Position numbers and translations under genes: made by a program. Positions 10,648 through 20,550 of a stretch of DNA of 64,000 nucleotides are shown one piece after another. The stretch's first letter is position 1, and every line of letters starts with the position of its first letter. The DNA comes from a bacterium (GTDB lineage: Bacteria; SAR324; XYD2-FULL-50-16; G965216635), in the NCBI GenBank assembly GCA_965216635.1, contig OZ244188.1:1888001-1952000 (forward strand). Reading direction: 5' to 3'. A model generated the notes under the pieces. The model worked only from the letters and a program-made list of their open reading frames with translations. It did not search any database and was not told where the DNA came from.

Positions 10648-12885
10648 ATGCTAGTCAGTTCTCCACTGTCAAAAAAACTGAAGCTGTGGGATAATATTTT
10701 CCGCCGAGTAATTATTCTCGCAGGTGTTGCAACTATTATTTGCGTACTGGCTATTCTTTGGAGCATTTTAAAAATCTCCATTCCTCTTTTTAAAACAGGT
10801 GCTATAGAAAAAACCTCTACGCCAACTTTTGCTAATCGTAGCCCGTTGCTCTATGTAACAGCCGATGAATTTTTAGAGAATGTTTGGGGTTTAAGCAAAA
10901 CAGGGGAGCTTGTTTTACAAAATTTAAACAACCCTGAAATCCAAAAAAACATCCAAATCACTAACGCTGAAATTAAAAGTATTGAAAGCGCAAGTCCGAA
11001 TTTATTTTTACTAAAATTTCCCTCTTCTGCCACAGAACTTTGGTTTTTAGGTAGTATTAAAGAATTTTCTGAGACAGGAAACAAAACATACAACCTGAGG
11101 CACGAAAAATTAGCTAGCTTTCCAATTCTACAAAAGGAAAATTTTCAACAGGGTGATATTTTTTACGACGCTGCTCGCAGGCGAAACGAAAATAGTTTTG
11201 CTAGAGTAGTAGCTACTAAGCAAAAAAAAATTTATTTTTATTGGCAGGAATCTGTAGAAAATTTTTTAGGGGAGGCAGAAGTTGTCCTGTCTCAAGATTT
11301 TTTTGAATCCAGTCTCAAAGGAGAAATTGTAGCCTCTTTTTTTTCCAGAGATGCAAAGCATTTTTATTTAGCAGATGATAAGGGAGATATTGAAGTTTGG
11401 GATTTGCGAGATTTAGAATCTATCCAATTTTCTGTTTCTATCAAAACTGCCCTCTCGTCACAAATAGAAAAACCACAAATAGAAAAACTACAGATAACAA
11501 GCCTCAATACTATCTATGGAGATACAAGCCTTTTGGTAGGTTTTAACAATGGGAGTGTAGAAATTTTTGCTTTTACCAGAGGAAGTCTACAAAAAATTTA
11601 TAGCTTGCAAACAGAAAGTGGAAAAATCCAAAATATTATTCCTTCTTTAAGGAATAAATCTTTTCTAGTGGTGGGAGAAAAAAACAGCTCCTTTTGGTAT
11701 CTAACCGCAACCCAGAAAATTCTACAATTAGATTGGCAAAAATTAGATTGGCAGAAAAATGAACGGATAAAAATTGCTTTCAATAAAAACGGTACTGCTT
11801 TGACTACTTTAGACAAAGGTAAAATTTCTATTTGGAAAATAGATGCGCCTCACCCTGATTTTAGTCTGCGAGCTAGTTTCAGCAAAATACAATACGAGGG
11901 CTACCCTGAACCAGATTATATTTGGCAGTCTTCTTCGGGCAACGACGATTTTGAACCAAAATTTAATTTTATTCCACTCATTATAGGAAGTCTTAAAGGA
12001 ACTCTATATGCGATGATTTTTGCCTTGCCTCTCGCTATTTTTGGAGCGATTTATATCAATCAATTTGCAAAGCCTTGGGTCAGAAATGTGGTGAAGCCTA
12101 CCATAGAAATTATGGCATCCATTCCTTCTGTTGTTATAGGGTTTTTAGCAGCTCTTTGGTTAGCTCCTTTAATAGAAAAATATTTGCTTGCGATACTACT
12201 TTACTTGGTTTTCTTTCCTTTGTTTTTTTTATTTTGCTTTTTTATTTTTCAGAAGTTTTTTAAAAAATTTATGAAAAAAGATGGTAAGGAATTTCTATTT
12301 GTTATGCCCGCCTTTATTATTTGTGCTTTATTTATAGCTTGGTTTGCTCCTTTTTTAAGTCAGCAATTTTTCTCCGAAGATTTTATTTTTTGGCTTTCAG
12401 AAAAACTAGGCTTAGTCTACGAGCAAAGAAATGCGATCGTGATTTCTTTTGCTCTGGGATTTGCTATCATTCCTATTATTTTCACAATGACAGACGAAGC
12501 CTTGAGTAGTTTTCCTAAAAATCTGACCGCGGCTTCTTTGGCACTAGGTGCTAATCACTGGCAAACTCTCGTCAGAGTTATTTTACCAACTACTGCTAGC
12601 GGTATTTTTGCGGGATTCATTATAGGTTTTGGTAGAGCCATTGGAGAGACAATGATTGTTTTGATGGCAACGGGAAACTCTCCTATTACAAGCTGGAGTA
12701 TTTTTAACGGGATGCGGACATTATCTGCAAATATTGCGGTAGAAGTACCCGAAGCCCCTTTTGAGGAAACTCTTTACCGTGTTTTATTTTTATCGGGGGT
12801 GATGCTCTTTTTATTTACTTTCTTGCTTAATTTTATTGCAGAAATTATCCGTAGTCGCCTCCGCAAAAAATACCATATCCACTAA
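10648..12885 (+). CDS. pstC: phosphate ABC transporter permease, long form with periplasmic beta-rich domain
   Basis: WQSSSG..DFEPKF, KPTIEIMASIPSVVIGF, GRAIGETMIVLMATGN. Confidence 0.93.
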   Translation: MLVSSPLSKKLKLWDNIFRRVIILAGVATIICVLAILWSILKISIPLFKTGAIEKTSTPTFANRSPLLYVTADEFLENVWGLSKTGELVLQNLNNPEIQKNIQITNAEIKSIESASPNLFLLKFPSSATELWFLGSIKEFSETGNKTYNLRHEKLASFPILQKENFQQGDIFYDAARRRNENSFARVVATKQKKIYFYWQESVENFLGEAEVVLSQDFFESSLKGEIVASFFSRDAKHFYLADDKGDIEVWDLRDLESIQFSVSIKTALSSQIEKPQIEKLQITSLNTIYGDTSLLVGFNNGSVEIFAFTRGSLQKIYSLQTESGKIQNIIPSLRNKSFLVVGEKNSSFWYLTATQKILQLDWQKLDWQKNERIKIAFNKNGTALTTLDKGKISIWKIDAPHPDFSLRASFSKIQYEGYPEPDYIWQSSSGNDDFEPKFNFIPLIIGSLKGTLYAMIFALPLAIFGAIYINQFAKPWVRNVVKPTIEIMASIPSVVIGFLAALWLAPLIEKYLLAILLYLVFFPLFFLFCFFIFQKFFKKFMKKDGKEFLFVMPAFIICALFIAWFAPFLSQQFFSEDFIFWLSEKLGLVYEQRNAIVISFALGFAIIPIIFTMTDEALSSFPKNLTAASLALGANHWQTLVRVILPTTASGIFAGFIIGFGRAIGETMIVLMATGNSPITSWSIFNGMRTLSANIAVEVPEAPFEETLYRVLFLSGVMLFLFTFLLNFIAEIIRSRLRKKYHIH

Positions 12886-14118
12886 AATGAAAAAAAATAT
12901 ATCCACAAAAAAACTAAAACTTTTAGATAATATTCAATTTATCTATGAATTGAATCTTGCCAGTTTAGAACTAGAGGCTTTGCAATTAGATGTAAAACTA
13001 GATGAAAATTTTAGGAAATTTGAAGTTTTTAATCCAATGAATCTAGAATTGTTGCAAAAAAAAGTGGCTTATTTTCAAACAATAGATGGAATTTATTCGG
13101 ATTATTACTATCTCCAAAAATTTAATCAAACAAAATCTGCCAATCAATTTTTAACCCATTGGATTTATCCTTACAAAGGAAAATTTCATCCACAAATGAT
13201 TAGAGCTTTACTCAATATTATTGGAATGAAGTCAGGAGAAATTTTGCTGGATCCTTTTGTAGGTAGCGGAACAGCCATCTTAGAAGCACAACTATTAGGA
13301 ATCAATGGGATTGGAATAGATATTTCGCCACTTTGCGTTTTGATTTCTAAAGTGAAAACTCAATCTTTAAAATTTTTAGAAGAAATTAAAATCTATCAAG
13401 ATTTTTATCTCCATAAAAAAGGAAAAGAATCCAGTACTGAGGAAGTAAAAAATTTTTATAAGGTAGCAGAAATGATGGCTCACAGTGACAATGCTAGAAG
13501 AAAAAAAGATTTTGCGTCTTCTTACATCAAAGATGCCTTGAAAATGTTAGCCTCTGTTGAAGACTACAAAAAAGCAAAAGAGCAACTCAATCTTAAACTA
13601 GGAAAATCAAAAATCACTCAGGGAGATACGAGAAATATTCGGATAAGAGATAATTTTGTAGATGGAATTATCACTTCCCCTCCTTATTCTATTGCTTTGA
13701 ATTATGTGGCTAACGATGCCCATTCGCTACAAGCAATGGGTTATGACTTGAATCAAATTAAAGAGGATTTTATAGGAGTGAGAGGCACTGGAATAAATAA
13801 ATTTCAACTGTACGAACAGGATATGCAACAAGCCTATGATGAAATGTATCGGATATTAAAAAAAGGAAAATATTGTGCGGTTGTTATTGGTAATGTCGCT
13901 TATCAAGGTGAAGAAATAGATACAGCCCAAAATGTAGAAAACTATTGCCAGAAAATTGGATTTAAAAAGATCCATAAAATAGCAAAAATAATTTATGGTT
14001 TGTATAATGTTATGCAAAAAGAATATATCCTAATTTTTCAAAAATAAAATGAAAACAAAAGAACATATTCAACAGCTAGAAAAAACCCTTCCACCCCGTC
14101 ACTAAAATGAAAAAAAAT
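12880..14118. repeat. exact 19-bp direct repeats CACTAAAATGAAAAAAAAT flanking the methyltransferase
   Basis: copies at 12880-12898 and 14100-14118. Confidence 0.9.
12887..14047 (+). CDS. DNA amino-methyltransferase, probably N4-cytosine, alpha motif order; no cognate nuclease visible
   Basis: HWIYPYKGKFHPQM, motif I LDPFVGSGT preceding motif IV ITSPPY; start set at ATG 12887 just after the pstC stop. Confidence 0.88.
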   Translation: MKKNISTKKLKLLDNIQFIYELNLASLELEALQLDVKLDENFRKFEVFNPMNLELLQKKVAYFQTIDGIYSDYYYLQKFNQTKSANQFLTHWIYPYKGKFHPQMIRALLNIIGMKSGEILLDPFVGSGTAILEAQLLGINGIGIDISPLCVLISKVKTQSLKFLEEIKIYQDFYLHKKGKESSTEEVKNFYKVAEMMAHSDNARRKKDFASSYIKDALKMLASVEDYKKAKEQLNLKLGKSKITQGDTRNIRIRDNFVDGIITSPPYSIALNYVANDAHSLQAMGYDLNQIKEDFIGVRGTGINKFQLYEQDMQQAYDEMYRILKKGKYCAVVIGNVAYQGEEIDTAQNVENYCQKIGFKKIHKIAKIIYGLYNVMQKEYILIFQK

Positions 14119-15660
14119 TCTAAAGAATTACTTTTTATCTGGATGACGGGAGTAGCCTTTACAACTATTTTGCTCATAGTTTTTTCGTTAATCTATATTA
14201 TTTTTATCAATAGTGTAGGGCATTTTTGGACTCCTTCGTTACAACTTTTTCAGCTACAAGGAGGCGAGCAGGTTTTGGGTATTGTACAAAAAAAAGAAAA
14301 AAACTTGAACGAAGAAGAAAGAATTCAAATTAAAATAGCAAATAGGGATTTTTACAATTTAGATTTTCGTTGGTTGGAAAAAAAGAATATTGAAAAAACA
14401 AGCAAGCCCAAAGATGTATTTCGGGTAGAAAGAAATGAGTACGGAGATTTTTATGGTAGCGTTCTTATCAAATCTGGAAAAACAGGAGACAGCCACTCTT
14501 TGTTAAAAAAAGAGTTTCAAAGCGTGAAGCTTTTACTCAAAGAAAAAAAAACTATAGCTAAAAGAATTGGTAAAATCAGCTATTCTATAAAGAAAAAAGA
14601 GACACAAGAACTCAAAAAAAACCCACAAGAATTTGGCAAATTTTCTCAAGAAATAAAAATTTTACAAAAAAATCTTGAAATAGAACTTAGCGAGCAGAAT
14701 AAAATCCAACAAAAATTAGCAAAATTTACAGTGCAGTTGCAAGAAATAGGAGGGAGAAAAAAAGAAATTCTACTGAGTGAGGTGGTTCGCTTTTACCAAC
14801 CAAATCAAATGGGGGTAGGACAAAAAATAAGACTTTACTTTGAGAGAGCTATAGAATTTATTCTAAGTGGACCAAGAGAAGCCAATACAGAAGGTGGGAT
14901 TTTCCCTATTATTTTCGGCACTGTAATGCTTGTTTTTATTATGAGTATTTTTTGTTATCCTTTTGGATTGGCAGCTGCCATTTATCTCAATGAATATGCT
15001 AAAGAAGGTTGGTTTGTGCGTTTTGTGAGAATAGCTGTCAATAATTTAGCAGGCGTTCCTTCCATTGTTTACGGGATTTTTGGATTGAGTTTTTTTGTCT
15101 ACGGGATAGGCGGTTCTATAGATCAAATTTTCTTTTCAGAAAAATTACCGACTCCTACTTTTGGCACAGGTGGTATTCTTTGGGCAAGTTTAACTCTTTC
15201 CATACTGACCCTGCCTGTTGTAATTGTAGCAACAGAAGAAGCCTTAAACGCTGTTCCTAAAGGAATGAAAGAAGGCTCTTTAGCACTAGGTTCTACTAGA
15301 TCGCAAACTCTCTTACGGGTTGCTATTCCTGTAGCTTTACCCGGTATTATTACTGGTTTTATTTTAGCTATTGCCCGAGCTGCAGGAGAAGTGGCTCCAC
15401 TTTTAATTACTGGTGTAGTCAAACTAGCTCCAGTTTTGCCTATAGACGCTCATTTTCCTTTCGTTCATTTGGATAGAAAATTTATGCACTTAGGATTTCA
15501 TATTTTTGATATTGCTTTTCAATCTCCGAATGTAGAAGCATCCAAGCCCATAGTTTTTGTGGCTACTCTGTTGCTACTTCTCATAGTGCTTGTTATGTGT
15601 AGTTTTGCTATTGTTTTAAGAGAGAGGTTGAGGAAAAGATATAAGGTCCAACAAATATAA
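14107..15660 (+). CDS. pstA: phosphate ABC transporter permease, long form
   Basis: PREANTEGGIFP, NNLAGVPSIVYGIFG, ARAAGEVAPL. Confidence 0.95.
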   Translation: MKKNSKELLFIWMTGVAFTTILLIVFSLIYIIFINSVGHFWTPSLQLFQLQGGEQVLGIVQKKEKNLNEEERIQIKIANRDFYNLDFRWLEKKNIEKTSKPKDVFRVERNEYGDFYGSVLIKSGKTGDSHSLLKKEFQSVKLLLKEKKTIAKRIGKISYSIKKKETQELKKNPQEFGKFSQEIKILQKNLEIELSEQNKIQQKLAKFTVQLQEIGGRKKEILLSEVVRFYQPNQMGVGQKIRLYFERAIEFILSGPREANTEGGIFPIIFGTVMLVFIMSIFCYPFGLAAAIYLNEYAKEGWFVRFVRIAVNNLAGVPSIVYGIFGLSFFVYGIGGSIDQIFFSEKLPTPTFGTGGILWASLTLSILTLPVVIVATEEALNAVPKGMKEGSLALGSTRSQTLLRVAIPVALPGIITGFILAIARAAGEVAPLLITGVVKLAPVLPIDAHFPFVHLDRKFMHLGFHIFDIAFQSPNVEASKPIVFVATLLLLLIVLVMCSFAIVLRERLRKRYKVQQI

Positions 15661-15683
15661 AGTTCAACAAATCTAAAAATGAA

Positions 15684-15820
15684 AACTTTAAATTAGCGTT
15701 CTGTTTAGCCTATGCAGCGTTGAAAATTTACAAAAAATACTCACATACTATCGTGTATGCTCCGCTTTTTTGTAAATTTTCGTCTTGCCTAGCCGTCACA
15801 TAACGCTAATTCATAATATC
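15684..15820. mobile_element. palindromic MITE-like element (family B) between pstA and pstB
   Basis: AATTAGCGTT...AACGCTAATT outer and GAAAATTTACAAAAAA...TTTTTTGTAAATTTTC inner inverted repeats; homologous to 37935-38075. Confidence 0.75.
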
Positions 15821-15843
15821 TCAACAAATAAGATTTCAACAAA

Positions 15844-16602
15844 ATGAAAGAATCCGTTTTAAATATTAAAAATTTAAGTTTTTATTATGGAGAAAAGCAA
15901 GCTCTTTATAATATCAGTATAAAAATTATTCCCAAACAGGTGACAGCTTTTATTGGTCCTTCTGGTTGTGGTAAATCTACACTTTTGCGTTGTATCAATC
16001 GGATGAACGATTTAATAGATAATACAACAACAAAAGGAAGTATTGAATTTTTAGAAGAAAATATTTGTGACAAAGAAACAGATGTAATTGAATTAAGAAG
16101 AAAGGTCGGGATGGTTTTTCAAAAATCCAATCCTTTTCCCAAATCCATCTATGAAAATGTTGTCTATGGTTTAAGAATTTCTGGAATTACCGATAAAAAA
16201 AAACTAAAAGAAACCGCTGAGATGAGCCTGCAAAGAGCCGCTCTTTGGGATGAAGTTAAAGATAGATTGAACGATTCTGCTATGGGACTGTCAGGAGGAC
16301 AGATGCAAAGATTGTGTATTGCTAGAACAATAGCCATTGAGCCTGAAGTAATTCTAATGGACGAGCCCTGCTCCGCTTTGGATCCTCGTTCCTCGGCTAA
16401 GGTAGAAGAATTGATAGAAATTTTAAAAAAAAACTATACTATTATTATTGTGACTCACAATATGCAGCAGGCTTCCCGAGTTTCTCGCAGAACCGCTTTT
16501 TTTTATGAAGGAAAACTGATAGAATACGGAAAGACTGCAACTATTTTCACAAAACCCAAACAGAAACAAACAGAAAATTATATCACGGGAAGGTTTGGCT
16601 AG
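15844..16602 (+). CDS. pstB: phosphate ABC transporter ATP-binding protein
   Basis: [23 protein letters not shown]-terminal YITGRFG. Confidence 0.97.
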   Translation: MKESVLNIKNLSFYYGEKQALYNISIKIIPKQVTAFIGPSGCGKSTLLRCINRMNDLIDNTTTKGSIEFLEENICDKETDVIELRRKVGMVFQKSNPFPKSIYENVVYGLRISGITDKKKLKETAEMSLQRAALWDEVKDRLNDSAMGLSGGQMQRLCIARTIAIEPEVILMDEPCSALDPRSSAKVEELIEILKKNYTIIIVTHNMQQASRVSRRTAFFYEGKLIEYGKTATIFTKPKQKQTENYITGRFG

Positions 16603-16641
16603 ATGCCACCCCTCCTATAATAACGAACAAGTAAAAAACCA

Positions 16642-17307
16642 ATGAAAACACAATTTGAAAAAGAAATAAAAAAACTTTCTACTGAATTTGAAAGCTATAC
16701 AGCTCTGGTAAAAAAAATATTCCAAGAAGGACTTTTGAGCCTAGAAAAAGGAGACAAGAAATTAGCTCAGAAGGTCATCAAAAATGACAGAAAAATTGAC
16801 TTAAACGAAGTAGAAATTGAAGAATCCTGTCTAAAAATACTCGCTTTGTATCAACCTGTTGCTGGGGATTTAAGGCATATCATAGCCATCTTAAAAATCA
16901 ACGATGACCTAGAGAGAATCGCCGATTACGGTTGCAACATAGCTCAGAGAGTTTTGCGTTTAACTGTAGAAAAACCACTAGAGGTTATGCCTAATTTACC
17001 CAAGATGTTTGCTAAGGTAGAAATTATGCTAGAAAAAAGCGTAGACTCTATTTTTGAAAAAGATAAAGCTATGGCTGTAAAAGTCTTAAAACTGGACGAT
17101 GAAGTAGACAAAATGCACTCAGAAAATTATAAAAAAGCAGAAATTTTGTATAAAAGCGATCAGTATTCTATGCAGGATGTTTTTAGCCTTATTTTTGTTT
17201 CTCGTTTTATAGAAAGAGCTGCAGATCATACAAAAAATATTGCAGAAAATGTGATTTATTTTTTGACGGGAGAAATTTGTAGGCATCGTAACAACGAGAT
17301 CATTTGA
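16642..17307 (+). CDS. phoU: phosphate signalling regulator PhoU
   Basis: QPVAGDLR, DLERIADY, ERAADHTKNIAE. Confidence 0.95.
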   Translation: MKTQFEKEIKKLSTEFESYTALVKKIFQEGLLSLEKGDKKLAQKVIKNDRKIDLNEVEIEESCLKILALYQPVAGDLRHIIAILKINDDLERIADYGCNIAQRVLRLTVEKPLEVMPNLPKMFAKVEIMLEKSVDSIFEKDKAMAVKVLKLDDEVDKMHSENYKKAEILYKSDQYSMQDVFSLIFVSRFIERAADHTKNIAENVIYFLTGEICRHRNNEII

Positions 17308-17574
17308 AAACCTTTTGGCTGGAAATTTAAAACCTTTTGGCTAGAAATTTAAAACCTTTTGGCTGAAAATTTAAAACCTTTTGGCTGGAAATTTAAAACC
17401 TTTTGGCTGGAAATTGAAAACCTTTTGGCTGGAAATTTAAAACCTTTTGGCTGGAAATTTAAAACCTTTTGGCTGGAAATTTAAAACATTTTGGCTAAAA
17501 ATTTAAAACCTTTTGGCTAAAAATTTAAAACCTTTTGGCTAAAAATTTAAAACCTTTTGGCTGGAAATTTAAAA
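17307..17574. repeat. VNTR, 12 x 22 bp (AAAACCTTTTGGCTGGAAATTT)
   Basis: 12 tandem units from 17307 to 17570, varying mainly at the GG dinucleotide; fills the whole phoU-tRNA gap. Confidence 0.95.
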
Positions 17575-17575
17575 T

Positions 17576-17657
17576 GCGAGCATGGTGGAATTGGTAGACA
17601 CGCTGTCTTGAGGGGGCAGTGGCGCAAGCCGTGGGAGTTCAAGTCTCCCTGCTCGCA
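17576..17657 (+). tRNA. tRNA-Leu (anticodon GAG), CCA not encoded
   Basis: acceptor GCGAGCA/TGCTCGC, D-loop TGGTAGAC, anticodon arm CTGTC-TTGAGGG-GGCAG, long variable arm, T-loop GTTCAAGTC. Confidence 0.95.
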
Positions 17658-17741
17658 TTATTTTGGGCTCGCATTATTTCAGCAGATAGCAACCGCTACT
17701 ACTGAATTAAGGTATTACATTAAAAAACACCCATACACAAA

Positions 17742-18548
17742 ATGATTAAATATTTGACCACTCAAGGTTTGAATTATCATTTAGAGAAATTGCTTAAAAA
17801 TGCAACTAAAGAAATTATTCTGATTTCACCTTATATTCAGCTACAGCAGAGAATCAAAGATATTCTAAAAGAAAGAAAAAAGAATGGTGTGAAAATATTT
17901 ATTGTTTGTAAAAAACAAAATTTAAAAGAAACAATAAATCAATATTCAACCACCATATTTGATGTGCCCACATTACACGCTAAGTGCTACCTAAACGAAC
18001 AAGCAGCAATCATAACAAGTTTAAATCTTTATGAATTTAGCCAGCAAAATAATGAGGAAATGGGTATTTATGTAGAAAACAAATGGTTTAGCAAAAAATT
18101 ATATGCAGAGATTTTAAGTGACGCAAATCGGTTATGTAAAAACATAAAACATCCTCAAACAAATAAACTCCAAATCGGCAAACAATATTCACTCCAAGAA
18201 CTAAACAATTTTTTTGATTTTGAACACAAACAACCTGCTGGTATAAGACAATCCAGACGCTTTGGAGATATTGTTCTTTTTAGCAATCAATTTTCAAAAT
18301 ATGAAGATAAAAAAATAGGTGATATTATTCTTTATCAAGGTCAAAATACAGGAACTGCTACACAAGAATTAAAGTATGGAAATAAAACTCTTTATGAGGC
18401 GTATAAAACTAAAGATAGCGTACTTCTATTTAGGAATTATATATACAGGGGAGAATATATAGTTGTAAAAAAGCCATATTTAGAGAATGGCAAATGGATA
18501 TTCCCATTGAAAAAAATACAACAAAACATCCCACCAGATTGCTTTTAA
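17742..18548 (+). CDS. PLD-family nuclease domain fused to an SRA/PUA-like domain
   Basis: LISPYI and LHAKCY...IITSLNL...NEEMG (PLD); C-terminal YED...YQGQN...QELKYGN...LLFR.YIYRG resembles SRA. Confidence 0.7.
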   Translation: MIKYLTTQGLNYHLEKLLKNATKEIILISPYIQLQQRIKDILKERKKNGVKIFIVCKKQNLKETINQYSTTIFDVPTLHAKCYLNEQAAIITSLNLYEFSQQNNEEMGIYVENKWFSKKLYAEILSDANRLCKNIKHPQTNKLQIGKQYSLQELNNFFDFEHKQPAGIRQSRRFGDIVLFSNQFSKYEDKKIGDIILYQGQNTGTATQELKYGNKTLYEAYKTKDSVLLFRNYIYRGEYIVVKKPYLENGKWIFPLKKIQQNIPPDCF

Positions 18549-18645
18549 ATTTTTTTAATAAACTATTAAACTACAAACACTATGACTGGGTTTAGGTGTT
18601 ATGCTTAAAAATACTACACACAGTAAAAAACAAAATGAATCAATT

Positions 18646-19512
18646 ATGAAAAAAAAAATATTTATTATTGGACTACTATTTTTCAGTTTAGGATTGTCTA
18701 GTCTTTATGCAGATCAAATTAGCGACTGCTTGGAATTAGAGACACTAAAAGCAGAAAAGTATGATAACATCGCTCCCAAAAAAATCGCAGAAATTTCAAA
18801 GAAAATTTGTAGCATTAGAGCAAAATTAGGCTGGGACACTGATATTGCCAATGATTTTTATGCTTGTATGAAATCGGAAAGAGCTGGCAAAAATAAAGCA
18901 ATAGCCTACCCAGAGTTAGTAGAAGACTCCCTTGAAGTTTGTAATTTAAAATTAGAAGCACAAAAAGACATTCAAAAAACAAAAGAAGAACAAGAAGAAA
19001 AAGAACATCAAAAACAACTACTCCAGATAGATAAAAAAAATAGAAGAGAAAAAGAATTAACACAAAGAAAAAAAACTGAAAAACACAATCTAGAAATTTT
19101 GTGTGGTTTGGGATATCAAAAACAAGGGAATACTACAGTTTTTAAAAACGCCAATGGCGATTTTATTTTATCGCCAGCAGTCTCAGAAAACACAAATAAA
19201 AAATACTGGTTTGATATAAGAAAAGTTAATTTAAAAAAAATCAATTCAAAATCCATACTTATCGTTCGGATTGTTCCAGACTTATTTGTGATTGAAAAAA
19301 TTGCATCTTTATCATCCTTACTATCAAAACAAGTAATGGATAACCGCCCACATTCTGGTGATGTTTGGGGAATTTATATTGAAATGGATAAAAATTTAAA
19401 TATTGCACATTTATTCAACATTAAAAATACAACTGATAGAATAGAACTACCTTTAATTGAAAAGACAAATATAAATGAAGCTTTTAGTAAGGTAAAAAAC
19501 AACATAGAATAA
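18646..19512 (+). CDS. hypothetical exported protein, probably chimeric
   Basis: MKKKIFIIGLLFFSLGLSSLYA signal peptide from ATG 18646, Cys-containing helical region, charged linker, unrelated C-terminal domain. Confidence 0.65.
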   Translation: MKKKIFIIGLLFFSLGLSSLYADQISDCLELETLKAEKYDNIAPKKIAEISKKICSIRAKLGWDTDIANDFYACMKSERAGKNKAIAYPELVEDSLEVCNLKLEAQKDIQKTKEEQEEKEHQKQLLQIDKKNRREKELTQRKKTEKHNLEILCGLGYQKQGNTTVFKNANGDFILSPAVSENTNKKYWFDIRKVNLKKINSKSILIVRIVPDLFVIEKIASLSSLLSKQVMDNRPHSGDVWGIYIEMDKNLNIAHLFNIKNTTDRIELPLIEKTNINEAFSKVKNNIE

Positions 19513-19564
19513 TCATTCCAGCAGACCATTTTTAATTTTTTTAATAACCCATCACTAAAAAACT

Positions 19565-20332
19565 ATGAATAAAATTATACTCATACTATTAGCCTTATCA
19601 GTTTTTGGAAGCTGTGCTTCTATAAAAAAATCTTTTGAAGAGGGAAATCTAAAACGAAAGAAATATATATCCTGTATTGAAACTGAAAAAACCAAAGCAA
19701 AAAATGAAGGAGCTAGCACTCGCAAAGCACTAAGATTAGCAACAGAAAGTGATTGCTTTAAAAGCCCACTCATAACAGAAAGACCATTATTCCGATCTGT
19801 TTCAATTTCACAAATTAATTCAACAGCGACAATATCTACAAAAGTAACAGTTAGTCCTGAATGTTCTTCTTGTAATGCTGGAAGTTTTGTAGAAGAAGCT
19901 TTATTACAAGGTTTTAGTATTGGTAAGAGTGGTGTTTTTTTTACTACACTAACAGACGAAAATGGTAATAGTTTAGATAGCTTGATGGTTGACGGTGATA
20001 TTATTGGTTTTTTTAATGAGAATAGAAAAAGAGGAATATTTACTGGCGGTGGTTTTGGACTGGCTAGATACAGAACAAATTCAAATAGCATAGTAGATAG
20101 AGAAACAACTCTTATACAAGGTGCAAATAATATTTCTTATTTTGGATTTGTTGGTAGATTTAATCTTGGGTATATTGAAAGATTTAGTGAAAATTTTCAA
20201 TTAAAATTAGGTTTTGCTTATCAATTATACGAACTTTCTCGTAGGTTTAAAGAAGATGAAGATGAAGTTGCTAATAGCAAAGTAACTATTAACGCTTATG
20301 AGGCTTTTCTAAAATTTGAATACTTGTATTAA
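19565..20332 (+). CDS. putative lipoprotein with a C-terminal OMP beta-barrel-like region
   Basis: lipobox-like VFGSC, alternating strands, terminal FLKFEYLY. Confidence 0.65.
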   Translation: MNKIILILLALSVFGSCASIKKSFEEGNLKRKKYISCIETEKTKAKNEGASTRKALRLATESDCFKSPLITERPLFRSVSISQINSTATISTKVTVSPECSSCNAGSFVEEALLQGFSIGKSGVFFTTLTDENGNSLDSLMVDGDIIGFFNENRKRGIFTGGGFGLARYRTNSNSIVDRETTLIQGANNISYFGFVGRFNLGYIERFSENFQLKLGFAYQLYELSRRFKEDEDEVANSKVTINAYEAFLKFEYLY

Positions 20333-20353
20333 AATAAAAAAAACTTACTAAAA

Positions 20354-20462
20354 GAGGTCTTTAGAATTAGGCATTAGTCAAAATCTAGGCAAGGCAAAAA
20401 AAATTTCGCACCTGCTTTACCATTTGGCTAGCCGTCACATCAGCAAAATTCAAAGGTCTATA
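20354..20462. mobile_element. palindromic MITE-like element (family B), internally deleted
   Basis: ends AATTCAAAGGTCTATA; contains CTAGGCAAGGCAAAA and GGCTAGCCGTCACATCAGC. Confidence 0.7.
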
Positions 20463-20550
20463 TTAAAGAATTAACATTTTAGAGAAAAATAACAGATTGA
20501 TTTATTTTAAAATATTCTCTAAAGTAGTATTTTTTCTAACATAAACTAAA

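Noticed and set aside
17307..17574. Pho boxes or CRISPR in the 22-bp array next to phoU
   Set aside because: No CTGTCAT-like half-sites, the array is downstream of the operon, and it has no spacers
17557..17745. 62-aa ORF
   Set aside because: It overlaps the tRNA-Leu gene
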